Origin: Obrimoposthia wandeli
Lineage: Eukaryota
Direction: 5' to 3'
DNA length: 64,000 bases
NCBI GenBank assembly: GCA_977020255.1
Contig: CDROCS010000703.1
Location: forward strand, 62,001-126,000
The position numbers were made by a program, and so were the translations under genes. Each line of letters begins with the position of its first letter. Positions within the stretch are counted from its first letter, which is position 1. Positions 28,601 to 43,600 of this stretch are shown here, piece by piece. The notes below the pieces were generated by a model. That model saw only the letters and a program-made list of their open reading frames with translations. It was not told where the DNA came from and searched no databases.

Positions 28601-31600
28601 TTTAATAATTGTCTTCTGCCTTATTTCGAGATGATTTTAAATAATCGGCACAAACTTTCATGTCAATTGTTTCTAATGACAGATTTCCATCTTCAGAATG
28701 AATGCACTTATTTCATTAAAATACCAGTGTACTTGAGTGCACTATTTTAGTAGCTTAATATCTAATAAAATATGATTATGGAAATAACTTTTAAAGTTAA
28801 AATTGTAAACAGAAGGAAATTCTCACATTGAAGTTGCTGATTTGCTAAGGGTTTCTGAAAGTTCAGATCAATTTTTATTTCGCTATAAATAGGCGAAGAA
28901 TAGGGGAAGAAAATTCTTTATAAAAAAAAGCTTTAGTTATAATTTTTTTTCAATGGAATGAAAATATAGAGAAAGCAAATGAACCTAAATTAAAACTAAA
29001 TTCGCGCGATCGTCTGTATTAGTGGTAGGATAATTCACCCGCGTATATCAGTAAAATATTTTACATACCTTGCAAATAAAAGCTCGTTACCTTATCCATC
29101 TAATGCTCCAGACTTCAGTATCATAGAAAATATATGATCTGCTGTCATTTAATTGCTACAGATAAGAATTGCTCTGTAATACTAAAATTACAAAAAGTAG
29201 GGTTACTAAAAATAGTGCACTCGCGTATACTAGATGAAGTCCAATTTTAAACTGCTCCCGAAATCTTCCAATGTTCAAACGTTTTTGTCTCAAGGCTCTG
29301 TTTTATCCGTACAGTTATCATTTCCAATTTACGTTGTTAAGCTACAAATTTGGCATTTCGAATTAATCGACTCATAATTGGTATCAAAGATTAACAATTT
29401 TTCAACCACTAGCATATATTTTAATTTAAAAACGTTACATAGCATTGGGGTGAGACGCGTTGGATTTTGTACAAACTAACGTGCATTAACAGTGAGAAGA
29501 TTGTTCAAAGAAACTTTCATCACTATATGTATGTGCACTAAAAGCTGGTGTTTTTTCCCTTACGTATTTCACAAGTTTTCTTGATTCTGAAATTAACTGA
29601 AAAATGCGAATTACTTATTAGTCGATATTCAAAGAGAATTAAAAGATACGAACACTGTGTAACGAATGAAAACTTTTATTTTCTCCCTTCAACGAAATAG
29701 CATATTTCTGGTCTAGATGTGTTATCTTACTACAATAATTGTATTTAAAAGCCTCATAAAACGATTATATGTCAGAAATCATTAGTTATAGTTATAGCAA
29801 TTAATTATTAGGTTGAATATGTACCGAAAAGATGAAATACTTGTAGTGGTTCCTAATTGTTTTCTAGATTCCATTGTTGCTAACGTGAACCAAGTCAATT
29901 AGCTGACCTTGACTTATTATTAAAGGTTCTCTAGACATCGGCCTTGCATGACCTGTATTTGTAATATAATTTTTCACAATAATTTCTTCAGTTTCTACCT
30001 CGACATTGAAATTCTTAGAAACTACAACGGTACTTTAATTAAAAAAAGGATACAAATATTAAAAGTTTATTTTTCAGACATAAAGTCCTGATTATCAATT
30101 TTTTGGACGTGAATAAACTTATTTTCATTAGAAGGAGAATTTTCATGTTGCGCTGTGTACTTAGTTTATCAGAAAATATCACATTATTTTAACTGACCAC
30201 TCACATGCTATTCTCAAATTTCAATGACCAATCTAATGTTACCCCAACCGGTTCATCTGAGTTGATTGACATCCCTCGCCACAGTGGAGCAACTCACCCG
30301 ACCAGAGCTTGTCCTAGTCCTTGTAATCACCCTCGGGTGCTCATTGCTGCTGAATCTCTGCTTCCTGATTCGGTGCGTCCTCCTCAAATCGGTGCTGGGT
30401 ACGTCATAGCCTCGCCCCCAACTGATCAATCACAAAACGGGTTTTATTGTTAAAATTTTATCATAGAAAACACTTACTAGTATACAAAGTTTACATTTTT
30501 AATAAAGATTGTATACTTTCCGAATATGATTTACATGAATTAGAATCAGATTTCAACGATTTTTCACCTGCTCTAAAGATCTTCATTTTGTAGTCTCTTT
30601 AATTATGTGGTTGGCCTTCTTCATCAAGATCAGATAAAATCTTCCAGACGTGCTTGATAATGTTTACATCTGAATCCCTAAAGGCCACACTGCCAAATAA
30701 GCTTGTTGTTTCATAAGAAAAGTCGTAACTGCAGATGTAATCTTTAACTGTATTTAATTTTAAGTACTTCACAACATATTATTTATTATTTTTACAAATA
30801 ATGCTGACTTGAATCTTCCAATTATTTCTTACGTACAAGATTCCATCAGAAGAAGTCAAAATCCACATCTTAATTCTGCAGCCACCACATTGACGCCCTC
30901 TTCGGGTCAGTTTTCCTCTTATTCCCTTTCAATCTGAATTCCAATAGTACTGAATACACCGATAATTATATTATTTCCGAAATTTCTTTCAAAATGGAGC
31001 CCTTATTTCGCAAATTCTTCACAAACTGTCTTAATTCTTTACTTTTTTGAGTTCTTTTTATTATATAATGAAAATAATAAAATTACAAAAATGTTATGCC
31101 AACTCAATTTATTAAAAATCAATTTTTAGTAATGATAATATTTCAGCAAATGAATTCTTAATTTTCTTACAATACAAAGGTGGTTTATGATTAAATAAAT
31201 GCTTATACATTGAAAGAAGTTAAACAAATTCCATTGGAAAATGTTGTAGAAATATAAATGTTTCTTAAATGAAAGAGGAAAACGTCTGAGCAGTGTAATG
31301 CTAACCAAGGGGGTCATCTTAAATAAATCTACTCTATTTTCAAAAATCTGTTTAAGCATTAATATATTATTATTGAAGACAGATAAAATTCTACGATCCA
31401 TTATGTCATATTTTCTTCCTTTTTTAAAACTTCCAAATCAATACAGTCAGACCTCTACATAACGAACACTCTACATAACGAACACTTTTTTTTAACGAAC
31501 GGTAAACCAAAATTCCCTGGATTTTTATTGCTTTTTATTGGTTAGGAAAAAATAAATACATGTCTTATTGTAAAAGTTTATTAAATTGTTCGTTCCTTTT

Positions 31601-34600
31601 TTTAACGAACATGGAATTTTTTGAAAAGTTGGTGTTCGTTATGTAGAGGTCTGACTGTGTGTATTTAAATGTGCATTTAAATAAAAAGTATATTACTAAC
31701 ATGACTGTAAATAACTATGCTCAGGAATACTTTTAGACTTTCCTTTCCTATGTTTAAAACAAAAGGATTTTAATCGATGACAGACGTTTTTGTCAGTAAT
31801 AGAAAAATCCAACCACACTTTGTAATACAGTCAGACCTCTACATAACGAACACCAACTTTTCAAAAAATTCCATGTTCGTTAAAAAAAGGAACGAACAAT
31901 TTAATAAACTTTTATTTATAAAACAAAATAAACTACAATAAGACATGTATTTTTTTTTTCCTAACCAAATAGTCAGTAATGTCTTTTGGTTTTTTAGAAG
32001 CTAAAATGTTTTTCAATTCTTGGGTAGCAATAACGCCTTCAAAACAGTTTTTAAGCATATATTGCTCGTATATTTACCGTTCGTTAAAAAAAAGTGTTCG
32101 TTATGTAGAGTGTTCGTTATGTAGAGGTCTGACTGTATATAGTTATGGAAGTTTGGCTTAAAAATGACCATACGTTTGTATTACCTTTGTCTAATTCTTA
32201 AGTTTTATGAGGTTACCTAATATCGTATCAGTTTTTCTAACTGTATCAGCGACATGAAATCTTAACCTTTAGACCATGAATAAATTTCTCCACATCAATT
32301 ATTAACAGTTTAAAAAAATTATATATTATTGAATCATTATATTTTATTATACAATTTACAAAATTTTTAGCGCTACTATACAAACTAAGAATGTTGTGTA
32401 TTGTTGATTTGGCGTTAAAAGTTGCAGGTTGATCTAGATACATACCACCTTTCATCATAACACGGGGTTTCAAAGTAGTAGTGAATTCACAATAAGATTA
32501 AAATCCATTCATATGGTGAGATTTGTAGGTGAACAAACCATCACTAGCCTCAGTACTTAATTGCTTCAAGAAAATAAATTATGAGGGGCACAAATAAAAA
32601 GAAAAAAAATCGACAAATTAGATGGAAAATGAATAATAAAAAATAGATCAAACAAAATTTACTATGTCCTAAAGCGCTTGTTAAATTAAAAAGAATATTA
32701 TAATTTTCAATATTTTTTACTACTCCCTAGTCAAAAGTAAAGCAACACTTAAAATATTCACTATCGAAAGTTTTGGTAAACTTATCAAATTATATTTGAT
32801 TAAAATAAAAATTCATGTTGACATACAGTTAATATTGCATTTAATAAATTTATTTATTCTCTTAAAATTTATACAGCAATTTTAACCTCGTCATAAATGA
32901 TTTTATACAATTAACCTAAATGATTTATTCAATAAAATCAGCTTCTATTTTCAAGGTCCCGAAGTTTATTATAAAGCTGGGTCCACAAATTTGGGGATTA
33001 TTCAGTGTGTATTGCTTCTAATTGTGGAGGCCTTCGTTTGTAGGCTGGATTCGTAGATAATCAAATAATTACTGATTATAATCGGTCCACTCCTTCTTGG
33101 ACTATGAGAAACTGTCAACTGTGAAAGGTAGCTTATTTTTCATTAAAATGTATACATTAGAAAATATTACAGGAATGTTTAGACCCCATTTTAAGCCACG
33201 GAACTCATCCCATATCATATTTGTAGATATGTTTCACCCTAGAGTTGATATCTTTATGAGACGGTTTAAAATCAATAAACGAGTAATTATGTAAACTTCA
33301 ACTGCAAGTAATTGAATTTTACATTCTGACCTCGAAAGAAGGACCTAAGTTCTCGAAAAGAGACAAAAGTTATCATGGAAGATCTGAAGATCTCAAAAAC
33401 CAGACAGTTCTAATGACCACGTCAGTATTTGACAGAATCGATTTGTAGACGAGATTTTAGATTATAATTTTGTTTGAAAATGACTGCACCTCTTATATTT
33501 GTTAAGAGTAGGGAGATGACAAAAATATGTAAATTTAAAAAATACAATAAACAAAAATTAATTTTATTAAATTTATTAAATCAACACAAATATATTTTTT
33601 TAAATTAAAAACATTTTTGCTTCACTCAAGGCCCAAAGAGGATGTACTTTGTCATTGCCATCAATATAGTATACATATTCCATATTTCTCCATCTAAATA
33701 TGTATCAATCAAATATCCTAGTTTTTCCCTCAAAACAAGACTGGAATCACTTTCAATCTTGAAAGAATTTTCTTCATATTCGTAACTTTCAAATTTTTTT
33801 TGAATTGACCAATATCAGATAATGATAAAGTTTCAATTTAATATTTATTTTCGGCTTTTGATATGTTTTCAGAATTTATAACACATTTATGTTGATGAAT
33901 TTTTAATATATTGGAAGGTTTATACTAATTTGTAACCAATATATAATTCTAATCGATTCATATAACTAAATCATTGAAGTTAATTGGATGAATTCCTTTT
34001 TTAAATTGTTCGATTGAAGGAAATATGTTATATTTCAATCGTCCAATTATAGAAGCTTAACAAGATATTTGCAAGAAATGAGCAACAAAATGACAAGTTC
34101 AGGCATATATAAAGCAGAAGTTATAGAATACTACTTTAGTCTCAGGGAACTCGTAAATTTAAAGCATAAAGGTAGGATACAAGATGATATTTCCTACTTA
34201 CCAATCAATGAGTGGAAGCTGTGACAATATGTGAAACAGTTTGATGATTTAACTTTTTTTCCTTCAATTTAGTATCTATTTTGGTTTTCATTGTCAACTT
34301 TTCTAGGAAATTGTCGTTTTATGGTATGCAAAACACCGTAAATGGCTAAATTAGATAAATCTACCATTTGAAATTAAAATCAGCATCATACAATCAGTCA
34401 CAGTTTCAGGCAATCTCAGAGAACTATTAAATCTTTATAAAATTTTTGAAAAATGAAAGGATGCATGTTTGAAAATATATATATATATATAACTTTTTTA
34501 AAAATGATCAAAATTGGAGCGATGAAGTATTTATAATATATATTATAGATAAAAAAAGATTATCCAATAATGTATAGTATTATAGATTATGATAAAACTA

Positions 34601-37600
34601 AATTTGTGGGAAGTCTTATGATCAAGTATTACAGTTAATTGATAAATCTAGTGTATATAGAATCCAAGAAATCTAAAAGTAAAGGTTTAAATAAACAATT
34701 CTATGTCAAATGGTGTGGATATTCAGTGAAACAAATCGAATAAAATAATTATATTTGATTTTACAAAGTAATAGTTTTTCTAATACACAACCTGATAATC
34801 CAGGAGAGCAGCATTAACGAAGTTTACTTATAGCAATACACCTGTCATCTTACAAAAATAATATAATAGGGTATACTAAAAATACGATTGAGAAAATGAT
34901 AGATTGTATTACAACTTCAATTTACTTAAAATCACAAAAAGTAACAGTACCTCGGTCTAATAAGTAATAATATAATACAAAATCAAAAAACATTCCATCG
35001 AAGCTAAAATACAAAAAAATCTCATAAGCAAGTAATTACAAGTAAAAATGTAGTTAAACTCATGAGAAATAAATCCGGTATATGATTATATGTGGTTGAA
35101 AAAAATCCGAATTAAATGATTTTGACTGCAATTCTAAAAGTAAAGAGGCTTTTAGAAAATATTTCTATCCTTATACAAGTTTCTGTGTTGCCGTGTAAAA
35201 ATTGGTAAGCGCAAAAAGGAATTATTGAAATTTAGAAAAACTCTTTTAGATATTGCTAATGTAAAAAAACGAAAAAATTTTATTTTAAAAAATATGGGTT
35301 TCATATGGGCTCTAACATCAGTTGTTGATTCAATTATTATAAGTAGTATAGCTGCGATATGGACATAAACAATTATTCGGAAAATACTCCAATGATATCG
35401 TTGCTTTAGTCCATGACCTTGACTGTTGTACCATCCACCGCCAGCAAAATGCTCTTATACGTTTGAAAAGTGTAAGTATGCCTCAGTTTGAAAAGTGTAA
35501 GTATGCCTCAGTTTGAAAAATTCTGAACACGGATAGAATTTTACATACATGCCTGAAATTTCCTTCCATGCACATATGGGAAAGGGATGGTTTAGACTGG
35601 ACACATAACTCTACTCACATTTTTAGTTTTAGCAAATTACAAAGAATTATAAGTAATACAATTAACAATCTATAATAATAACAATTTAAATGTAGTTTTT
35701 TTCCCTAATAATTGTTAATATTATGTTCAAATTCAGAAAGATTAATGTGGGGAAAAGGCTATCAAGAAATTGCAAATTTAATGAATATCAGTAGAAATGT
35801 AGCTAGAAATGTATGTCGTAATTGAGGAAAAAGCCATTAATTTAGCAAAATAGAAGACATTGCAATGTTTAGGCATCTAAATGTACAGTGAGATGATTAT
35901 TACAATCAAAACTAATGCTGAAATATTTTAAACTAACGTCATAAATGTATTGTCCCAACAAAGGTGGCCACATATATGTTTGAATGTCATTGAACAGTGG
36001 ATACACGATTCCCATAATTGATTTTAGGACTGTTTTCACTGGGGGAAATATTTTTTAGTTAAGATGCATCGGACGACTAAGCTACTTACTTTATGAAAAA
36101 TGAACTTCAGAGTCACCACAAGATGGAGGTAAAATTAAGGTTTGACTAATGTCTTTACTTAACAAATGCTGTCTTTTACAATTGATCGAGAATATTTTAA
36201 CTCCATAAAACTGAATTTAGACGATTTTGTACTGTATGCTGACAATAGTACACACGGTCAATTTTGTGAAGCAATTATTTTAGAAAATCTGGGCAACGTC
36301 ACGTATATGTACAGTCCTCATTTGAATATTATCGAGGATATATATTTGAAGTTAATGAAACGGTCTACGATAATGCTGAATTTGAGAATTATAATGCCTT
36401 TGAAAGAGAAATATCTACTGCGATTAAATATAAGAGATAAATAAATATAGAAGACGCTAAATATGAAAACCCTTGTATTTTGTTCCTAATTGTTTAATGG
36501 AAGTTATTCGAAAGTCTGACTATGTTTGAAATAAATACATTGTTTATTTGTTTGTGATTTTTACTTTGTTTTAAAAAATATGAAAAAATAAACAAAACAA
36601 CAGACATACGAAGACCTTGCTTTTATTCTTAGAAACCTTTCCCACTTGTCTTTCGGCTAACAAATCAAAAAACCAAACTAACAACAACAAACAATGAAAA
36701 AGAAAGCTTAACATTAAAATAACCAAATAGTTGTTTTCAAATAACTACTAAAAAACCAACAAAGAAAGAACCGAAGCAGACAACACTACAAGTAAAAGCC
36801 TCATGAAAACTTCATACAATAAACAAAATAAGTATCTTTTACACTTAAATAATAAAGACTTTAAAAATATAATAAAGAGCTTTGATTAACAGTTTTTTCA
36901 TGACCATTCTTAATGTATATTATACTCACACATGTTTGTTAAAATATATTCAAACTGCATATTATTTGAAAGTGAAAAAAATAAAAATACTAAATATATT
37001 AAAATATTTATTTTTTATTTCAAAAAATATATTTTGAGCTTTATTATGAGTCATACAAACATTCAAATTTCTGAATCACTTCTGAAGCTACAATATTTAT
37101 ATGCAAATACGAAACAGAAAATGTACTTTCACTACGTACAGCTCAAAATTATACAATATATTTAAGCCTTTAATTGAGATCTAGATTAGAAATTCCTTTG
37201 TCATACGATTCTAAAGATCTTCGTAAAATAGTTGTAGTTGATCCAAGAATATCTGCAAGATATTTAGGTGTTGATTTAGGACTTTATACATATACATTAC
37301 ACAGAGGGCTATGGCAAATGGGAAAAGTAAATCGAATGTGTAAAGTTGAACCATATTAAATGTCAGAAAATCAAAAAACGAAAAGAGTAGAAATGTGTGA
37401 ACAATTGCTGAAATATCCATTGGACAGCTATTTTATACGAATTATTACTAGTGATGAAAAAAAGGTTTATTTACGTCACTCAGATAAAAGAAACCGGCGT
37501 TTAGATGGTCAGTTTGCAGAAGTAGTAGAAAAGACGGAAGACAAGAAGAACTTAATCTGTGTTTGGTGAAATTTCGAACAAATAATTCTCTCTGAGGTGC

Positions 37601-40600
37601 TTCGTGAGTGAAGGCGAAACAATAAACTCTGATCTCTATTGTGAACAATTAGATAGAATGCATTCATATTTGAAATATGAATATCCTTATTAAGTTAACC
37701 AAACGAAAGTAGGACTGCGGCATGATAACGCAAGATCACCAAAACTACAAGGTTTGACGACATTGAATTGTCAGCACGTCGAACTTATAGCCCAGACTTA
37801 GCTCCTTCAGATTACCACCGGTTTAGATCGATGGTATCTCTTCTGAAAGGCAGGCACTTCAATGACCTTGATGATGTGGATAAGGGGTGTCTGGAGTGTT
37901 AAATCCAAGGACTGGTATTTTTGAGGAATCCGACAATTAGCAGAAAGATGGCAGCAAACACACAGATACTGAGAGACTTTATTTCAAACTTATTTTGTGT
38001 TTTTGGTAATTTTCATTTAAACATTTTTTGTAAAAACGAAAATACTTACGAGACACCTTAATATTTGAAAATAGTACTTTATTGCTTCAATTATGTTGTA
38101 TTATGAAACTATATATAGTTACATTTATACAGAAATTTTTTAGATGTGTAGAAATCCCTCTTTCATTGAGGCGGTACAAATTAGCAGATGTTTCTATTTA
38201 TTAAACGCATTGAAACTATCCTGAAAGGGAAATTGAGCGAGAATCGGTGGTGGCTGAGGGGGAATGTTGAACTTTGCGCTGTTGTAGACAGTGGGAATAG
38301 GGATTTGAAGAAGTTGTAACGCCGACAAGTTCGGTCGACAATTTGGAACTGGATCAGGTGAGATTGAACGATCATGGCATAGATATACACATTAATTAAA
38401 ATTAATCTACTTTCCGGCTCTGACATTTTGCGTAATTCGATTAACTACGAGACATTTTCGAGACAAGCGCACATGTCTCATTATGCTGTTTGATTCCGTT
38501 CCCCTCGAGAGTTTTCTTCCACCAGACAGGTTATGTAGATCCACTTGAAGAAACACAGATGAAAATGCACTGAAATTCAAGCCGACGCTTATTGAACTTC
38601 GTGGCTTTATTGGACTATCAATTGTTAATGTAAATCGTTATGAATAGAATGAAACTTTCGGTTGTCTGCGATGCAAATGGCTGAGCAGAATTTCCAATCA
38701 GAAAAAAAGAAAAGAATATGATATTCTATTTTACAATGGTCCAGTTTATCTTAAGAGATTATATTTATGAAGTTAGATGAAGACGAGTGGTGGCTGTTCA
38801 CTGATGACGGGACGGTCTCACAGCATTTCCTACTTCTGCTGCAGCTGCAATCATCAACGATACAGGGATGCTAAAATAAGTCATACTTTGACAATCACTC
38901 AAGAAAGATCGTTCAGCAGGAAGATTCTCCTGCTTTATAATGTTAGAGTTAAATTTAAAAGAACATTAAAATAACAAATACTTAAATAACTATCCTTAAA
39001 AAATATAAACCAAATAAATAACAATTGCTTAAGTTATGCATAAAGTTTATACCAAAATACTTATTAAAATGTTATGTAGTGACCCACAATAAAGAATAAT
39101 AGTTAATTAATTTTATGTAAAATTCACCTTTTTACGAATAAATTTTTAAAGAAAGACCTTAAATCAAAATCTGACTAAACATAAATTAGTAATGAAATAT
39201 CGATTTATTTCATGTATTCTCGAAAGATTTTCAACTTTTGTATTAAGAAAGATCCACAAAAATTTGATTTTTGTCAATTAAAACGTGAATTATTTAAACT
39301 TTAAAGAAGAATTTCTAGACATCTAAAAGTCGCACATAAATGAACAAAACATCATTTTAAAGTATAAATTATTTCTAATTGAACGGCTCATCAAAATCCC
39401 ACCTTTGGGTATAAAAGTCCTATAGTATAAGAAAGTACATAAAACTTTAAAATACTAATTGGTAGACACACCTACTAACGAGTTACCCGAGGAAACCTAA
39501 GTTTACAAATTATCTAAAGGACCAAACCCAATTTAATTAAACTAATCTAAATCTAAAGCCCCGATAGGAAGTCCCGGGTATTGCATGAGAGCCAAGGGGA
39601 TATAAAACCCTGGGTTTTTGGAAATAAAACACAATAATTTTACTGGACATCGTGACTGGCCTCCTACGAAAAGTTCTACAGGTCATTATTTTTATCTTTT
39701 TTTTTGTTGCTATTTTTATTTTTAAATGTGTTATGTATTAAAATATTGAAATTTTTATTTGAGAACTCTCAAAATTGTTGGTCGTTTTTTGTATGTAAAA
39801 TAATTATATTACAATTTTGTATTTTCTTTTTATAGTTAAATTAAGCCCAACAATATAAAATAATGTGTGGAGCCATTTGAGAAGAATGCGCATTCCAAAA
39901 GATAAGAAAACGTACCGGAGCTACAAAATTCAAAGACAGGTACATGATGTTATTTAGTACTAGATTGAATTTGATAAAGAACTTATTACCCCTAATTTTG
40001 GTCTGTTTCATAAATGCGCAACTATTCCTGTTCTTATTGGATAGAAGGTTGATATAGAATTCTGATATAGAATTCTGAGGAACAATTTTTTTAAAGTTTA
40101 ATTGAATCAATTAATTGGTCTGAAAATGAAATTTAGGAAAACATTTTTAACATATGATGAAAAAATATACAGAAACACTACAATTCAAAATATATTGAAT
40201 TAAAAACAATTACAAATTGTTTAACTGAAAGCGTATAATTTAAAAAATAACATGATTTAAAAAATATTATATATATAAAAATGACTAAATACAGCATTAG
40301 AACAAAATATCCATTTTTATAAAAAACTGTTTGTTTTTAATTTTAATAGTTTTGAAACTAGTATTTTAAAATGTCGGGAATTTGCAAAAAAAAATATATA
40401 ACATAACTATATTCTATATTTTTTAAACTTTTCGACTATCTTTGTATTCATCAATAATTGTAGATAATTAAAATAATGTCGTTAGGATATGTCACCTTTG
40501 TGAACTTAACACTTTAAAGTTATGCTGAGAGGCTACATATAATTATTTATGGAACCGTTTTCATTATAATTGAACCAGGTCATGAGCTAATTTAATTCGT

Positions 40601-43600
40601 ACAAATCAACTTTTTTATCAAAATATATAAAATATATAGAAAGGAGCGCTTTTATAAATAAATTTCGCTTTTGTACGTAACCCGTTTGTAACTTGATTTT
40701 TACTTTAGTTTCACTTTTGTCACGATCCAGACTCATGAACTTTTAAAAAACATTAATTTCCCAGTAACCGTACCAATATAAGGATCCATACACAGCTCAG
40801 CCGAGTAATGAGTGAGAACTTGGTGACGATATGACAATTTTCTCGCAGACAATCTCGGTCATGGTTACCACAACAGCCGCTGCTTGCTGACATGTCTGTG
40901 CCTGGAGTCGTTGACTCGCTACCCACGATATCGTAATCATGGAGGCGGGGGCTTTATTGCAATGGCAAACAGTAGTACCCTCGGAAGCGGGCTTGGAGGA
41001 GACTCAGATAGCAAGCACCACCATGGCAACCCTCACCACGGCAACAACCATCACCATAGCAGCAACCATCATCATAGTAACCACCCCATGGCAACATACC
41101 ACCATAGTAATGCTGCCTACAATCTCACACCCGCCTCCACTGACTTCTACCGCTGCCAACCTCCCTTGACTACCGGAGTTGGCATCGATACCAATCTGCA
41201 GATATATGACGACCTCAGCGCCGTGTCGAATAGTTCAGCGATGCTCATATCAGGAAGTAAAGCCACCAAGACCCCATCTGAAACAGCTGCAGATGAAGAC
41301 GCAAGACTTCTACCAGGCAGTGTATCGGGTAACGGTGGTTACTATGGCTACGTACACCATAACGGGTATCCACCTGGAAGTCAGCACAATGGCGGCCTTG
41401 GCTCAGTTTCCAGTTCTTTATCCAGGTAGGTTTATATCTGTGTATAATCGAAATTGTGCATGATCGAGGTTGTGCATGATCGATGTTGAGTATGATCGAT
41501 GTTGTGCATGATCAAGGTTGTGCATGATCGATGTTGTGTATGATCGTGGTTGTGCATCATCGAGGTTGTGCATCATCGAGGTTGTGCATGATCGAGGTAG
41601 TGCATGATCGAGGTTGTGCATGATCGAGGTAGTGCATGATCGAGGTAGTGCATGATTGGGATAGTGCATGATCGAGATTGTGCATGATCGAGGTTGTGCA
41701 TGATCGAGGTTGTGCATAATCGAGGTGGCGCGTGGTCGAGGTTGTGCATGATCGAGATTGTGTATGATCGAGGTTGCGCATGGTCGAGGTTGTGCATGAT
41801 TGAGGTTGTGCATGATCGAGGTTGCGCATGGTCGAGGTTGTGCATGATCGAGGTTGTGCATGATCGAGGTTGTGTATGGTCGAGGTTTTGCATGATCGAG
41901 GTTGTGCATGATTGAGGTTGTGCATGATCGAGGTTGTGCATGATTGAGGTTGTGCATGATCGAGATTGTGCATGATCGAGGTTGTGCATGATCGAGGTTG
42001 TGTATGATCGGGGTTGTGCATGATCAAGGTTGTGCATGATCGAGGTTGTGCATGATCGAGGTTGTGCATGATTGAGGTTGTGCATGATCAAGGTTGTGCA
42101 TGATCGAGGTTGTGCATGGTCGAGGTTGTGCATGATCGAGGTTGTGCATGATCGAGGTTGTGCATGATTGAGGTTGTGCATGATCGAGATTGTGCATGAT
42201 CGAGGTTGTGCATGGTCGAGGTTGTGCATGATTGAGGTTGTGCATGATCGAGGTTGTGCATGATTGAGGTTGTGCATGATCGAGATTGTGCATGATCGAG
42301 GTTGTGCATGATCGAGGTTGTGTATGATCGAGGTTGTGCATGATCGAGGTTGTGCATGATCGAGGTTGTGCATGATCGAGGTTGTGTATAATCGAGGTTG
42401 TGCATGATCGAGGTTGTGCATGATCGAGGTTGCGCATGGTCGAGGTTTTGCATGATCGAGGTTGTGCATGATTGAGGTTGTGCATGCTCGAGATTGTGCA
42501 TGATCGAGGTTGTGCATGATCGAGGTTGTGTATGATCGGGGTTGTGGATGATCGAGGTTGCGCATGGTCGAGGTTGTGCATGATCGAGGTTGTGCATGAT
42601 CGAGGTTGTGCATGATCGATGTTGTGTATGATCGTGGTTGTGCATGATCGAGGTTGTGCATGATCGAGGTAGTGCATGATCGAGGTAGTGCATGATCGAG
42701 GTAGTGCATGATCGGGATAGTGCATGATCGAGATTGTGCATGATCGAGGTTGTGCATGATCGAGGTTGTGTATAATCGAGGTTGTGCATGGTCGAGGTTG
42801 TGCATGATTGAGGTTGTGCATGATCGAGGTTGTGCATGATCGATGTTGTGTATGATCGTGGTTGTGCATGATCGAGGTTGTGCATGATCGAGGTTGTGCA
42901 TGATCGAGGTAGTGCATGATCGAGGTTGTGCATGATCGGGATAGTGCATGATCGAGATTGTGCATGATCGAGGTTGTGTATGATCGAGGTTGTGCATGAT
43001 CGAGGTTGCGCATGGTCGAGGTTGTGCATGATTGAGGTTGTGCATGATCGGGGTTGTGCATAATCGAGGGTGTGCATGATCGAGGTTGTGCATGATCGAG
43101 GTTGTAAAGTCAGTGTTGATATGTGTTGCTGATTACTTTGCAGACGCTACAGCAACACTCCTCCCCAGTACCCACTGCCAGTGGTTGCCGCTGGAGGAAG
43201 CAACGCCGGAGGGGGCTCATCCACTGGTGGTTATTACTTCCATCCCGGACTGGGTAATTACGTAATTGTGAGCGGCCCGATTGCTGATGGCGGAGGTGGT
43301 GGAGGCAGTCAATACACTGTGGGGACGGCTCCTCCTGGCTACTCATTGGTCCGACAGCAGCCGGTCTCGGTGCAGTCGCCTATCAACCAACTAGAAGATG
43401 AGGTGGTTGTCGAATCGGATAACAACTCGGCTCTATCGGCTGCGCTACAGAGCTCAACCACCCTGTCTCAGGTGCATACATATACAGCTTTGATTTTTTC
43501 CTATGTAAAGCCAATGATTGCATATTTTTTGCTTAATATTTTGCCCAATTTTCTTTCTTTAAGCATGTATTATACAAACCTTTTTCCTTTACCATGTTCC

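Noticed and set aside
38520-38660. Possible piggyBac remnant (ELRGFIGL)
   Set aside because: Too short; no TTAA-flanked TIRs identified.
39075-39680. Possible solo LTR (TGTAG...CTACA, TATAAAA, AATAAA)
   Set aside because: Flanks TGTTA and GGTCA do not form a convincing TSD, and no matching LTR or internal region is in the window.
41418-43093. Long ORFs with HNLDHAQPRSCTTSIM repeats
   Set aside because: Translation of a stop-free 16-bp satellite in all three minus frames, inside a host intron.
41455-43105. CpG-to-TpG/CpA variants in the 16-bp satellite as a sign of methylation
   Set aside because: Non-CpG transitions look similarly frequent by eye; no excess shown without a count.
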